From: Gammaproteobacteria bacterium
GTDB taxonomy: Bacteria > Pseudomonadota > Gammaproteobacteria > Steroidobacterales > Steroidobacteraceae
Direction of reading: 5' to 3'
NCBI GenBank assembly: GCA_025350055.1
Contig: JANXYK010000022.1
Span: 36,988-100,987 of the forward strand
Length of the DNA: 64,000 bases
Both the position numbers and the translations under genes were made by a program. Of this stretch, positions 38,577-48,464 are shown piece after piece. The notes beneath the pieces are model-generated. The model had not been told where the DNA came from and searched no databases. It was given only the letters and a program-made list of their open reading frames with translations. Every line of letters begins with the position of its first letter. The first letter of the stretch is position 1.

Positions 38577-39224
38577 TCAGTGGCGCGTCGGGCTCAAGCC
38601 GTCGGCGGCAATCTTCAGCGCCTGGTCGACCAGCGCCTTCGCGTTCAGGCCATATTCGCCCAGCAATCCGCCCTTGGTGCTGATCAACTGGATCGTGCCG
38701 TGTATGAATGCCCACAGCGTCATGGCGATCGCGACCGGGGAGCCCGCGCTGGTGGCAATGCTGCCATCGCGCTGGCCGGCCTCGATCACCGCGAACATGG
38801 TCTGGTGCACTTTTTCGCCAGCTGCAAAGCAGGCGGCGACGTTGCCGGTGCCCGGTTCGCTCCCGGCCTCATGCGCCTGGAAGCTGGCGAGCGCCGCAAA
38901 ATGCACGGGAAATTCTGCGGCAAAAGCCACATAGGCGCGGCCGATCGCCACGATTTTCTGCAGCCCGGTGCCGCGCCTGGTCGCGGCTGCCTCGAAGCGG
39001 CTCTGCAGCAGCGCCAGTGCGCGCTCGCACAGCCCGAAGTGCAGATCGTCGCGGTCCTGGAAATAAACGTACAACAATGCGCGCGAGATGCGCGCACGGC
39101 GCGCCACCTGGTCCATGGTGAGCGCATCGAAACCCTCGCTGGCCGCCACGGCTTCGGCGGCATCGAGGATCTCGGTGCGCCGGCGATCCTTCTCTTCCTG
39201 GCGACGTTCAGCGATATAGTTCAT
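38577..39224 (-). CDS. TetR-family transcriptional regulator
   Basis: N-terminal HTH (..ALTMDQVARRARISRALLYVYF). First gene of the efflux operon. Confidence 0.85.
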   Translation of the reverse strand: MNYIAERRQEEKDRRRTEILDAAEAVAASEGFDALTMDQVARRARISRALLYVYFQDRDDLHFGLCERALALLQSRFEAAATRRGTGLQKIVAIGRAYVAFAAEFPVHFAALASFQAHEAGSEPGTGNVAACFAAGEKVHQTMFAVIEAGQRDGSIATSAGSPVAIAMTLWAFIHGTIQLISTKGGLLGEYGLNAKALVDQALKIAADGLSPTRH

Positions 39225-39244
39225 GCCATGATCCTAGCGAGGCG

Positions 39245-39259
39245 TTGACACAGTGTCAA
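39245..39259. promoter_or_regulatory. perfect palindrome TTGACAC-A-GTGTCAA (candidate TetR operator overlapping the -35 box)
   Basis: Minus strand: -35 TTGACA (39254-59), 17-nt spacer, -10 TAGGAT (39231-36). The tetR ATG at 39224 is about 7 nt downstream. Confidence 0.5.
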
Positions 39260-39270
39260 TAACTGTACGA

Positions 39271-40188
39271 ATGATCATTGCCCTGGGCCTGGCGTGCGTG
39301 GCCGCCGCGCCAGTGGGCGCGGCGCCAGCTACGGCAGCACCAGCGAAGGTCGCGCCGAGCACTGCGGCACCGGCTTGGCAGGTCGTCGATGACGAGGGCC
39401 ACAGCATCACGATGACGCATCCGGCGCTTCGCATCGTCGCGTTGTCGCCGGGTGCGACGGCAATGCTGTTCGCTGCCGGCGGCGGCGATCGCATCGTGGG
39501 CACTGCGCATTTCTCGGTCGAGCCGGCCGCGGCGCAGAAGATTCCGCGCATCGGTGATGCGCATGGTTTCGATCTGGAGCGCATCGTGGCGCTGCATCCC
39601 GACGTGGTGGTGGCCTGGAGCGGCGGCGCTTCGGCTGCGCAGCTCGCGCCGCTGGAGCGCGCCGGACTCGTGGTCTACCGCCATCGGGTGGTACGGCTCG
39701 GCGATGTCGCACCTTCCATTGAAAGGCTGGGCACCCTGCTGGGCACGCAGCAGATCGCGCACACGGCCGCTGCCGCACTGCAGGCGCGCATCGAGACGCT
39801 GCGATCGCAACATCGCAGCACTGCACCGCCGCGGGTACTGGTACAGGTGTGGGACCGACCGGTCTACACGGTCGGCGGCGCGCAGCTGATCTCCGACGCG
39901 GTGGAAGTGTGCGGCTATCGCAACCTGTTCGGTGACCTCACCGATCCCGCGCCGGCGGTGGCGCTCGAGGCGATCGCGGCGCGCGACCCCGATGCGATCC
40001 TGGCACTGGCCGCAGACAAGCATATGGCGCGCGACTGGTTGCAACGCTGGCATGCCTTGCCTTCATTGCGCGCGGTGCGGCGTGGCGCGCTGCTGTCATT
40101 CGTGGATGCGCGGCTCAGCCGACTGGGTCCGGAGGTGGTCGATGCCACCGAGGATCTGTGCCGGGTGCTGGCGGGCGCGAACAAGTAG
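39271..40188 (+). CDS. periplasmic binding protein, BtuF/cobalamin-siderophore class (orphan, no adjacent permease or ATPase)
   Basis: Signal peptide MIIALGLACVAAAPVGA. IVALSPGATAMLFAAGGGDRIVG....DLERIVALHPDVVV is typical of PF01497-type SBPs. Start trimmed to ATG 39271. Confidence 0.7.
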   Translation: MIIALGLACVAAAPVGAAPATAAPAKVAPSTAAPAWQVVDDEGHSITMTHPALRIVALSPGATAMLFAAGGGDRIVGTAHFSVEPAAAQKIPRIGDAHGFDLERIVALHPDVVVAWSGGASAAQLAPLERAGLVVYRHRVVRLGDVAPSIERLGTLLGTQQIAHTAAAALQARIETLRSQHRSTAPPRVLVQVWDRPVYTVGGAQLISDAVEVCGYRNLFGDLTDPAPAVALEAIAARDPDAILALAADKHMARDWLQRWHALPSLRAVRRGALLSFVDARLSRLGPEVVDATEDLCRVLAGANK

Positions 40189-40523
40189 AGCCGCGCGGTC
40201 GCGGTGCTGCGCGGGCTTGGCGCTACGCGTGCCCGGCGCAGCCGCTGGATGCGATCGGGTGTCTGGTCCCATTCCGCGAGCCCTTGCTTCCAGGTCTCCG
40301 CGGTCTGCGCCGCCCACTCATCGACGCTGAGATTGCGGCGCGCGGCTTCACTCGCATCCGCCCAGCGGGCGAAATCGGCCGGCGCCAGGTTCGGGAAGGT
40401 CGGCAGCAGATCGGCGATATCGCCCTTGGGTTCGATGCAGATCGCCGGGCCTGCCGGGCAAGCTAAGGGCTGCGTTGCGGCTGCGCAAGAGTCGCCATGG
40501 TGACTATTGACGCCCCCGGCCAC
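39915..40523 (-). CDS. hypothetical protein; only the first ~100 codons look coding
   Basis: The 5' part (40200-40523) has high GC3 and a protein-like sequence (DIADLLPTFPNLAPADFARWADASEAARRNLSVDEWAAQTAETWKQGL). With no in-frame stop, the ORF runs 274 nt antisense into the btuF-like gene as Ser/Arg/Thr-rich sequence. Confidence 0.3.
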   Translation of the reverse strand: MAGGVNSHHGDSCAAATQPLACPAGPAICIEPKGDIADLLPTFPNLAPADFARWADASEAARRNLSVDEWAAQTAETWKQGLAEWDQTPDRIQRLRRARVAPSPRSTATARLYLFAPASTRHRSSVASTTSGPSRLSRASTNDSSAPRRTARNEGKACQRCNQSRAICLSAASARIASGSRAAIASSATAGAGSVRSPNRLR

Positions 40524-40544
40524 GCATGGCCATACTCGCCGGGT

Positions 40545-40598
40545 ATGTCATTCCATGCCCAAACCGCCTCGATCCGCTGGTGGTGGACCCTCTCCTGA
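40545..40598 (+). CDS. trpL: trp operon leader peptide with three consecutive Trp codons
   Basis: MSFHAQTASIRWWWTLS*, with TGG TGG TGG at 40578-86. An in-frame upstream ATG at 40497 (AAGAG SD) would give a 33-aa version. Confidence 0.7.
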   Translation: MSFHAQTASIRWWWTLS

Positions 40599-40684
40599 AC
40601 CGGAGTGGGCCCTGGGCGCTGTTTCTTACTAAACCCGATTTCAACGCTGACCAGTCCCCCGCTCCGGAATGAAATCCGGATCGG
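40588..40684 (+). promoter_or_regulatory. trp attenuator: mutually exclusive 1:2, 2:3 and 3:4 helices
   Basis: Segments: seg1 40588-95, seg2 40600-09, seg3 40658-67, seg4 40675-84. The 2:3 helix is 10 bp (one G-U). The 3:4 helix is 9 of 10 bp and ends directly before ATG 40685. Confidence 0.6.
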
Positions 40685-42100
40685 ATGCATTTGCCTATGA
40701 AAGCACCATTCGACATCGCAGGTGACCTCGATACGCCCGTTTCGGCGTACGCCCGGCTGCGCGAGTTCAAGCCGCGCTTCCTGCTGGAGAGCGTCGAGGG
40801 CGGCGAGCGGCTGGGGCGCTATTCCTTCATCGGCTTCGGCGAAGCCTACGAAGTGCGGCTCGATGAGCAGGCCTTCCAGATCGGGCCGCAGCGGCTGCCG
40901 GTGCCGCGCAATGCGGGCGAGCTGCTGGAGGGGTTGCGCATGGGTCTGCGCCAGGCACCCCGGCCGCTGCCCGAGATCAGCTCGGTGCCGCTGGCCGGCG
41001 GACTCGTGGGTTACACATCCTACGATGTGGTGCGCTATTTCGAGCGCCTGCCCGTGCAGGCGGCGCGCTTGCCCAATGCGCCACCGCTCCTGCACTACAT
41101 GGCGCCGCGCTCGATGCTGGTGTTCGACCACCTGACGCGCGCGATCGCGCTGCTGCACGATGGGAGCGAGGCCGATCGCGCCGCATTGCGTCGCGCGGTG
41201 ATCGCGGCGCTTCGTGGACCGATGCCCGCAACACTGCCGGCGCACGCGCCCGGCAAGGCCAGCTACGCGCCACCCGTCGCGGCGCTCGCGCGCGCGCAAT
41301 ACCTCGAGGGCGTGCGGCGTGCGCAGGAATACATCGCCGCCGGCGATGTCTACCAGCTGGTGCTCTCGAGCCGTTTTTCCGGACGCCATCAGCTCGATCC
41401 CTTCCAGGCCTATCGCGCCTTGCGATTGATGAACCCCTCGCCGTACATGTTCTATTGCGAGCTCGGTGAACTCACCGTCGTGGGCTCCTCGCCCGAGGCA
41501 CTGGTGAAACTGAAGGCAGGTGCGGCTGAGCTGCGGCCTATCGCCGGCACGCGGCCGCGCGCGGCCGACAGCGCGCGCGATGAGCGCAATGCCGCCGAGC
41601 TGCTGGTCGACCCGAAGGAGAATGCCGAGCACGTGATGCTGGTCGACCTGGCACGCAATGACCTCGGGCGTGTAGCCGCCGCGGGCAGCGTGCATGTCAA
41701 TCCCTATCGCGTCATTGAGCGTTATAGTCATGTGATGCATATCGTCAGTGGCGTGCACGGGCAACTCGCTGCGGGGCGCGATGCATTCGATCTGTTCGCC
41801 GCGGCCTTTCCCGCTGGCACATTGGTGGGCGCGCCGAAGGTGCGCGCCATGGAAATCATCGAGGAGCTCGAACCTGTGCGACGTGGTCTGTATGGCGGCA
41901 CCGTGGGATATTTCGGTGCACGGGGTGACATGGACCAGGCGATCACGATCCGCTCGCTGGTGTTCCATGGCGATGAATACAGTTACCAGGCCGGCGCCGG
42001 CATCGTGGCCGACAGCGTGCCCGAGGCCGAACACGACGAGGTGCTCGCCAAGAGCGGCTCGGCCGTGCAGGCGCTGCAACTGGCGGAGAGTGGCCTGTGA
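40685..42100 (+). CDS. trpE: anthranilate synthase component I
   Basis: [25 protein letters not shown] and other TrpE motifs. Start is 40685 or 40697. Confidence 0.9.
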   Translation: MHLPMKAPFDIAGDLDTPVSAYARLREFKPRFLLESVEGGERLGRYSFIGFGEAYEVRLDEQAFQIGPQRLPVPRNAGELLEGLRMGLRQAPRPLPEISSVPLAGGLVGYTSYDVVRYFERLPVQAARLPNAPPLLHYMAPRSMLVFDHLTRAIALLHDGSEADRAALRRAVIAALRGPMPATLPAHAPGKASYAPPVAALARAQYLEGVRRAQEYIAAGDVYQLVLSSRFSGRHQLDPFQAYRALRLMNPSPYMFYCELGELTVVGSSPEALVKLKAGAAELRPIAGTRPRAADSARDERNAAELLVDPKENAEHVMLVDLARNDLGRVAAAGSVHVNPYRVIERYSHVMHIVSGVHGQLAAGRDAFDLFAAAFPAGTLVGAPKVRAMEIIEELEPVRRGLYGGTVGYFGARGDMDQAITIRSLVFHGDEYSYQAGAGIVADSVPEAEHDEVLAKSGSAVQALQLAESGL

Positions 42101-42675
42101 GCCCGCGCCTGCTGTTGATCGACAACTACGATTCCTTCACCTACAACCTGGTGCAGGCCTTCATGATCCTGGGCGCCGAGGTATTGGTGTATCGCAACGA
42201 CGCGCTCGAGCCGGAGCTTGCCGAAGCGCTGGCACCCACGCACCTGTGCATTTCGCCAGGGCCGGGCACGCCGCAGCAGGCTGGCGTGTCGATCGCGATG
42301 ATCAAGCACTTTGCCGGCCGCGTTCCGGTGTTCGGCGTGTGCCTGGGTCACCAGGCGATCACCGAGGCCTTCGGTGGCCACGTGGTGCGTGCACCGCGGC
42401 TGATGCACGGCAAGACATCGCCAGTGGAGCATGACGGGCAGGGCGTGTTCAAGGGCATCGTCAACCCTTGCGAGGTCGGTCGTTACCATTCGTTGATCGC
42501 CGCCGGCGATACACTGCCGCCCGAGCTCACGGTGACGGCGCGCACGCGTGAGGGCGAGATCATGGGTCTGCGCCACACGAAGCTGCGCATCGAAGGTGTG
42601 CAGTTCCATCCGGAGAGCGTGCTGACGCCCGATGGCCCGGCGATGATGAAGAATTTCCTGGAGTTCAAGCCGTGA
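42097..42675 (+). CDS. trpG: anthranilate synthase component II (glutamine amidotransferase)
   Basis: [20 protein letters not shown] and GVQFHPES triad motifs. 4-nt overlap with trpE. Confidence 0.9.
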   Translation: MSPRLLLIDNYDSFTYNLVQAFMILGAEVLVYRNDALEPELAEALAPTHLCISPGPGTPQQAGVSIAMIKHFAGRVPVFGVCLGHQAITEAFGGHVVRAPRLMHGKTSPVEHDGQGVFKGIVNPCEVGRYHSLIAAGDTLPPELTVTARTREGEIMGLRHTKLRIEGVQFHPESVLTPDGPAMMKNFLEFKP

Positions 42676-43736
42676 GCGACACGCTGCCAGGCACGCTCGA
42701 TCGCCTGCTCGACGGCCAGAACCTGGCAGAGCGCGAAGCGGGTGAGTTGCTGGTAGCGTTGACGACGCCCGAGTTGCCGCCGGCACTCGGCGGTGCACTG
42801 CTGGCAGCACTGCGCGCCAAGGGTGTGACGGCCGCGGAGCTGCGCGGCTTCGCGCTCGCCATGCGCAGTCTCGCGCGTCGCCCCAACTTGCCCGCGCACC
42901 TGCCGGCGGTGGACATCGTCGGCACCGGTGGCGATAAATCCGGCAGCTACAATCTTTCCACGGGTGCGGCGTTGCTGGCGGCAGCTTGTGGTGTGCCGGT
43001 GGTCAAACACGGCAACCGCTCGGTTTCCAGTCGCGCCGGCAGTGCCGATGTGCTCCAGGCGCTGGGCCTCGCATTGCCGCTCGATGAACAACGCGCCGCC
43101 GATTGTCTGGCGCTGTGCAATTTCACTTTCCTGTTCGCACCGCACTACCACCCGGCGATGAAGAGCATTGCGCCCGTGCGCGCGGCACTCGGCGTGCGCA
43201 CCGTCTTCAACATCCTGGGGCCGCTGTGCAATCCGGCGCAGCCGCCGTTCCATGTGATCGGGGCCTACAATCTCGCCACAGCCGAACTCATGGCGCAGGC
43301 GCTGGCTGGCATGAACAGTGGTCGGGCACTGGTGATCCACGGCGCCGAGGGCTGGGATGAACCCACGCCCATCGGGCCCTTCGAGATCTTCGATGTGCGC
43401 GGCGACGAGGTGCGGCGCGAGCAGCGTTCGCCGGCCGACTACGGCCTGGCGGCCTGCACGGGCGAGCAGCTTGCAGGTGGCGATGCTAGCTACAACGCCG
43501 CCAGCCTCAGCCGCGTGTTGCGCGGCGAGGAGCACGGCGCGCATCGTGACGCGCTGCTGCTCGGTGCCGCGCTCGCGCTCGAAGTCACTGGCGTCGAGGC
43601 GGCGCCGCGACTCGCAGTGGCGCGCGCGGCGCAGACCATTGATGACGGCACGGCAGCAACCTTGTTGACGAAGCTGCTGCAGTTCGGTGCGCCACGCGCA
43701 GCGACTGCGCGCAGCGGCGCGGAGGTATCCACATGA
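42672..43736 (+). CDS. trpD: anthranilate phosphoribosyltransferase
   Basis: [24 protein letters not shown], and contiguity with the trp genes. Confidence 0.9.
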   Translation: MSDTLPGTLDRLLDGQNLAEREAGELLVALTTPELPPALGGALLAALRAKGVTAAELRGFALAMRSLARRPNLPAHLPAVDIVGTGGDKSGSYNLSTGAALLAAACGVPVVKHGNRSVSSRAGSADVLQALGLALPLDEQRAADCLALCNFTFLFAPHYHPAMKSIAPVRAALGVRTVFNILGPLCNPAQPPFHVIGAYNLATAELMAQALAGMNSGRALVIHGAEGWDEPTPIGPFEIFDVRGDEVRREQRSPADYGLAACTGEQLAGGDASYNAASLSRVLRGEEHGAHRDALLLGAALALEVTGVEAAPRLAVARAAQTIDDGTAATLLTKLLQFGAPRAATARSGAEVST

Positions 43737-44572
43737 GCGACACCGATTTTCTCGCCGACATGGCCGCTGCCAGCCGCGCACGCGTGCAGGCGGCGCAAGG
43801 GCAGTTGTCCGCCGTGGAACTGCGCTCCCGTGCCGAGGCCAGCGCAGTGCCGCCACGCCTGCAGCTCTCCCCACGCCGCTTCGACCTGATCGCCGAAGTG
43901 AAATTCCGCTCGCCCGCGGCCGGCGCGCTGCGCGAGGGCAGCCCCGACAGCGTGCGTGTACGGGTCGCGGGTTACGCCGATGCCGGCGCGGTCGCAGTCT
44001 CGGTGCTGACCGAGCCAACGCGCTTCGATGGTTCGCTGCAACACCTGGAAGCAGCCGTGCGCGCGCTGGACGGGCGAATTCCGGCGATGCGCAAGGATTT
44101 CCTGGTCGATCCCTACCAGGTCTTCGAGGCGCGGCTGGCCGGCGCCGGCGGCGTGCTGGTGATCATGCGAATGCTGAACGACGCCGAGGTCGCAGCGCTC
44201 GTCGAGTGTGCCGCGCGGCTGCGGCTGTTCGTATTGCTGGAAGTCTTCGACGCGGCTGACATCGAGCGCGCGACCAAGGTCGCAAAGCAGTACGCGCGCA
44301 GTACCGAGTTGCTGATAGGCGTGAATTCGCGCGATCTCGTGACGCTGCAAGTCGTGCCGGGCCGCCTCGAAGAGCTGGTTCGGTTGCTGCCCGACGATGT
44401 GCCGCGTGTCGCCGAGAGCGGAGTAGCCACGGCGGCGGATGCCGGGCGTGTTGCGGTAGCGGGGTACGACGTGGCGCTGGTGGGCAGTGCGCTCATGAGC
44501 GCACTCGAGCCCTTGCAACTGGCGCGCGCGATGATTTTATCGGGGCGCAATGAGCGTGCGCGGCGATCATGA
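43733..44572 (+). CDS. trpC: indole-3-glycerol-phosphate synthase
   Basis: IAEVKFRSP, MRKDFLVDPYQ and GVNSRDL motifs. Confidence 0.9.
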   Translation: MSDTDFLADMAAASRARVQAAQGQLSAVELRSRAEASAVPPRLQLSPRRFDLIAEVKFRSPAAGALREGSPDSVRVRVAGYADAGAVAVSVLTEPTRFDGSLQHLEAAVRALDGRIPAMRKDFLVDPYQVFEARLAGAGGVLVIMRMLNDAEVAALVECAARLRLFVLLEVFDAADIERATKVAKQYARSTELLIGVNSRDLVTLQVVPGRLEELVRLLPDDVPRVAESGVATAADAGRVAVAGYDVALVGSALMSALEPLQLARAMILSGRNERARRS

Positions 44573-45171
44573 GCGGCTGGATAAAAATCTGCGGCATGAC
44601 AAGCGCCGACGCCATAACCGCTGCCATCGATGCGGGCGTGGATGCGATCGGCTTCGTGTTCGCGGATTCCGTGCGCAAGCTGACGCCCGAGCGCGCGGCT
44701 GAATTGGCGCGCGGCACGCGCCAGAAAGCCATCTGCGTCGCAGTCACTCAACACCCGTCACAGGCGGCGATCGATGAGATCGAGCGCACCTTTCATCCCG
44801 ATCTGCTGCAGACTGACATCGAAGACTATGCGCAGCTGAAGATACCGCGGCGGATGATGCGCCTGCCGGTGCTGCGCTCTTCGCATGTGCCGCCGGCAGA
44901 GCTGCCGCAGCGCCTGCTGTATGAAGGGCCACGCAGTGGCAGCGGTGCAACCAGCGATTGGCAGCAGGCCGCCGCGCTCGCGCGGCGCACGAAATTGATT
45001 CTGGCGGGTGGCCTGACCGCGGCAAACGTTGGGGACGCCATCCGCAGCGTGCGCCCCTACGGTGTCGATATTTCCAGTGGCGTGGAATCGCGACCGGGCG
45101 TAAAGAGCGCGGCGCGCATCATTGAATTTGTCCAGGCCGCACGTGCGGCCTTCAGCGAGATCGCAGCATGA
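44569..45171 (+). CDS. trpF: phosphoribosylanthranilate isomerase
   Basis: IKICGMT....A...GVDAIGFVF and DISSGVE motifs. Confidence 0.88.
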   Translation: MSGWIKICGMTSADAITAAIDAGVDAIGFVFADSVRKLTPERAAELARGTRQKAICVAVTQHPSQAAIDEIERTFHPDLLQTDIEDYAQLKIPRRMMRLPVLRSSHVPPAELPQRLLYEGPRSGSGATSDWQQAAALARRTKLILAGGLTAANVGDAIRSVRPYGVDISSGVESRPGVKSAARIIEFVQAARAAFSEIAA

Positions 45172-46466
45172 ATGCATCAATGGATCCGACCCCGGCACTG
45201 GGTGCCGCGAGCCTCACCGGCATCTCTGCGCAGCAGCGGCAGGCGCTGTACGCGGCGCACATTGCCGGCAAGTTCCCCGACGAGCTCGGGCGCTACGGGC
45301 CCTTCGGTGGCCGCTATGTGCCTGAGACCTTGATTCCGGCGCACGAGCGCCTCGAGGCGGGCGTGAAGCGCTGGCTGCGCGATCCGGAATTCCAGGCGGA
45401 GTTGCAGCGCGAGCTGCTGCAGTGGGCGGGCCGACCCACGGCGCTGAGCCATGCGCCGAAACTCTCGCAACGCTGGGGCGCGGAGGTCTGGCTCAAGCGC
45501 GAGGATCTCGCGCACACCGGCGCGCACAAGATCAACAACGCGATCGGCCAGGCCCTGCTGGCGCGACGCCTGGGCGCGAAACGCATCGTCGCCGAGACTG
45601 GCGCCGGTCAGCATGGCGTCGCCAGTGCGGCGGCCTGTGCGCGCGTGGGCCTGCCGTGCACGGTGTACATGGGGGCGATCGACATGGAGCGCCAGGCGCC
45701 CAATGTCGGACGCATGCGCCTGCTCGGCGCCAAGGTGGTGAGTGTTACCAGTGGCGATCAGACCTTGCGCGCGGCAATCGATGAGGCCATGCGCGATTGG
45801 GTCGCCAATCCGGATGGCACTTACTATCTGCTCGGTTCGGCGGTCGGTGCGCACCCTTATCCTTATCTGGTGCGTGAGCTGCAGTTGGTGATCGGCCGCG
45901 AGGCGCGCACGCAGTTCCAGCAGCAGGCCGGTGCACTGCCCGACGTGATCGTAGCCTGCGTGGGTGGCGGCTCGAATGCGATCGGCTTGTTCCATCCTTT
46001 CATCGGCGACCCGAGCGTGGCGATCCTCGGTATCGAGGCCGGTGGTATCGGCATGGGCCTGGGCGAAAACGCGGCGCCGCTGAGCAGCGGCCGACCCGGT
46101 GTGCTGCACGGCAGTTACTCGATGCTGCTGCACGACAACGACGGTCAGATCCAGGAGACGCAGTCGATCTCCGCGGGTCTCGATTATCCGGGCGTCGGGC
46201 CCGAGCATTCGCTGCTGCTCGCCACGGGTCGCGTGACCTACGAGGCGGCCAACGATGATGAAGCGCTCGATGCCGTGCGCGAGTGCTGTTCCTGCGAGGG
46301 CATCCTGCCGGCACTGGAGAGCGCGCATGCGCTCGCGGGCGCGCGGCGCTGGGCCGCCACGCATCCCGGCAAGAAGATCCTGATCGGACTCTCGGGGCGG
46401 GGCGACAAGGACATGCCGACACTACAGCGCACGCTGATCGCGCAGCTCGCCGCGGAGCAGAGCTGA
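45168..46466 (+). CDS. trpB: tryptophan synthase beta chain
   Basis: LKREDL.HTGAHKINN (PLP lysine) and GGGSNAIG. Confidence 0.92.
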   Translation: MNASMDPTPALGAASLTGISAQQRQALYAAHIAGKFPDELGRYGPFGGRYVPETLIPAHERLEAGVKRWLRDPEFQAELQRELLQWAGRPTALSHAPKLSQRWGAEVWLKREDLAHTGAHKINNAIGQALLARRLGAKRIVAETGAGQHGVASAAACARVGLPCTVYMGAIDMERQAPNVGRMRLLGAKVVSVTSGDQTLRAAIDEAMRDWVANPDGTYYLLGSAVGAHPYPYLVRELQLVIGREARTQFQQQAGALPDVIVACVGGGSNAIGLFHPFIGDPSVAILGIEAGGIGMGLGENAAPLSSGRPGVLHGSYSMLLHDNDGQIQETQSISAGLDYPGVGPEHSLLLATGRVTYEAANDDEALDAVRECCSCEGILPALESAHALAGARRWAATHPGKKILIGLSGRGDKDMPTLQRTLIAQLAAEQS

Positions 46467-47242
46467 TGCTGCCACGCGAACGCATTGCCGCGGCGCTGCG
46501 TGGCGCCACGCCGCAGGGCGAACCAGGGCTCGTGGCCTTCATCACCGCGGGCTATCCGCAGCGCAAAAAATTCCGCGAACACCTGAGCGCCGTGAGCGCC
46601 GCCGCCGATGTGGTCGAGATCGGCGTGCCCTTCACCGATCCGATGGCCGATGGCATGACGATCCAGCGCTCGAGCCGCGAGGCGCTGCGCCAGGGCGTCA
46701 ACCTGCAGTGGATCCTCGATGAGCTGGGCGCCATCAAGGATCGCAACACGCCTTTGCTGCTGATGAGCTATCTCAATCCACTGCTGACCTACGGCTATGA
46801 ACGGCTGGCCGCCGCCGCGCTGGCAGCCGGGGTGTGTGGCTTCATCGTCCCCGACCTGCCGCTCGATGAGAGTGCCGCATTGAGCGCGGCGCTCGATGTG
46901 CATGGGCTGGCACTGGTGCAGATGGTGACGCCGGTCACGCCGCTCGAGCGACTGGCGCGCCTGTGCGCTGCGAGCCAGGGCTTCGTGTATGCGGTGACGA
47001 TGACCGGTACCACCGGCAAGAGTGTCGCCGTGCCAGACGAGGTGATCACCTATCTCGAGCGCGTGCGCAGCAAGGCGAGCGTGCCGGTGTGCGCGGGCTT
47101 CGGCATCCGCAGCCGCGAGCAGGTGCTGCGCCTGCGCGGCCACGTGGATGGCGTGATCGTGGGCTCGGCGCTGGTCGAGCTGCTCGAGCGCAACGAGTCG
47201 CCGCAGGCCTGGCTGCGCGCGCTGCGACACGACACCGTGTGA
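46466..47242 (+). CDS. trpA: tryptophan synthase alpha chain
   Basis: FITAGYP, IEIGVPFTDPMADG and GFGI motifs. ATG 46466 overlaps the trpB stop by 1 nt. The track ORF start (46283) is over-extended. Confidence 0.9.
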   Translation: MLPRERIAAALRGATPQGEPGLVAFITAGYPQRKKFREHLSAVSAAADVVEIGVPFTDPMADGMTIQRSSREALRQGVNLQWILDELGAIKDRNTPLLLMSYLNPLLTYGYERLAAAALAAGVCGFIVPDLPLDESAALSAALDVHGLALVQMVTPVTPLERLARLCAASQGFVYAVTMTGTTGKSVAVPDEVITYLERVRSKASVPVCAGFGIRSREQVLRLRGHVDGVIVGSALVELLERNESPQAWLRALRHDTV

Positions 47243-48462
47243 AATCGCCGGCCGAGCCCGCCGCCCACTCACCGCGACTGACCATCGTGCTGGCCCTGCT
47301 CTCGACGCTGGGCCCGTTCACGATCGACACCTTCTTTCCGTCGATGCGCGCGATGGCGGCGGAGTTCGGCATCAGCTACTGGCAGGTGCAGCAGACGCTG
47401 ACCGCCTACCTCGTGCCCTACGCGCTGATGTCGCTGGTGCACGGTTCGCTCTCCGATGCGCTCGGTCGCCGGCGCGTGGTGATCGCGGGCCTGCTGCTGT
47501 ATGTGCTGGCCTCCACCGGCTGCGCACTGGCGCCAGGATTCACTTCGCTCCTGGTGTGTCGCGCGCTGCAGGGCATGGTGGGCGGTGTCGGCCACATCAT
47601 CAGCCGCGCGGTCGTGCGCGATTGCTACAGCGGCACTCAGGCGCAGAAGGTGATGAGCGCGATCACGATGGTGTTCAGCCTCGGTCCCGCGCTGGCGCCG
47701 GTGATCGGCGGCTGGGTGCACGTGTGGTTCGGCTGGCGCGCCGTGTTCGCGTTCATGGCGCTCTACGGCCTGCTGTTGTGTGCGCTGGTGATCAGGAAGC
47801 TCCACGAGACCTTGCCGATCTCGCAACGCACGCCGCTGCACGTGGGCGCAATCGTCGGCAACACGTTCTCGGTCTTGCGCCACCCCGAGTTCCTGCGGCT
47901 CACGGGCGCCAGCGGACTGTGCTTCATCGCGCTGCACACCTACATCGGCGCGGCGCCGGCGATCATCCTCGACCACTGGCACCTGAAGGAGACCAGCTTC
48001 GCGGCGCTGACCCTGCCGGTGATCGGCGGCTATGCCTTCGGTGCCTTCTGGTCCGGCAGGCTCGCCGGGCGTCTGCCGCCCGACCGTCAGGCCAATATTG
48101 GCTACGCGACGCTGACGGCGACCAGTGCGGCCATGCTGCTGCTGCAGTTCCTGGTGCGCGATCCGCCGCTGCTGCCGCAACAACTGCTGCTGGCCGCCAC
48201 CGCGGTCGGCCTGCAGCTGATGTTTCCGATCGTGACGCTGCGCATCCTCGACATCTTCAGTGACACGCGCGGCACGGCCGCCTCAGCGCATTCCTTCGTC
48301 AGCCTGCTGCTGGCCGCGGCGATGATGGGGGCGCTTGCACCCTGGTTCGCGGTCTCGATGCGGCGCCTGGCCCTCAACGCCTTCCTGGTCAACCTCGCGG
48401 GCGTGCTGGTATGGCGCTCCGCGCTGCGCTATCGTCGCCGGGCCACTATGGACGGTGCCTGA
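47239..48462 (+). CDS. MFS transporter, Bcr/CflA drug-resistance subfamily
   Basis: LSTLGPFTIDTFFPSM..MA..F and GSLSDALGRRRV motifs, 12 TM. GTG 47239 overlaps the trpA stop (GTGA). Confidence 0.8.
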   Translation: MKSPAEPAAHSPRLTIVLALLSTLGPFTIDTFFPSMRAMAAEFGISYWQVQQTLTAYLVPYALMSLVHGSLSDALGRRRVVIAGLLLYVLASTGCALAPGFTSLLVCRALQGMVGGVGHIISRAVVRDCYSGTQAQKVMSAITMVFSLGPALAPVIGGWVHVWFGWRAVFAFMALYGLLLCALVIRKLHETLPISQRTPLHVGAIVGNTFSVLRHPEFLRLTGASGLCFIALHTYIGAAPAIILDHWHLKETSFAALTLPVIGGYAFGAFWSGRLAGRLPPDRQANIGYATLTATSAAMLLLQFLVRDPPLLPQQLLLAATAVGLQLMFPIVTLRILDIFSDTRGTAASAHSFVSLLLAAAMMGALAPWFAVSMRRLALNAFLVNLAGVLVWRSALRYRRRATMDGA

Positions 48463-48464
48463 CC

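Noticed and set aside
39225-39270. Cobalamin riboswitch upstream of the btuF-like gene
   Set aside because: Only 46 bp separate it from tetR, which is far too short for a B12 element. No B12-box-like sequence was seen.
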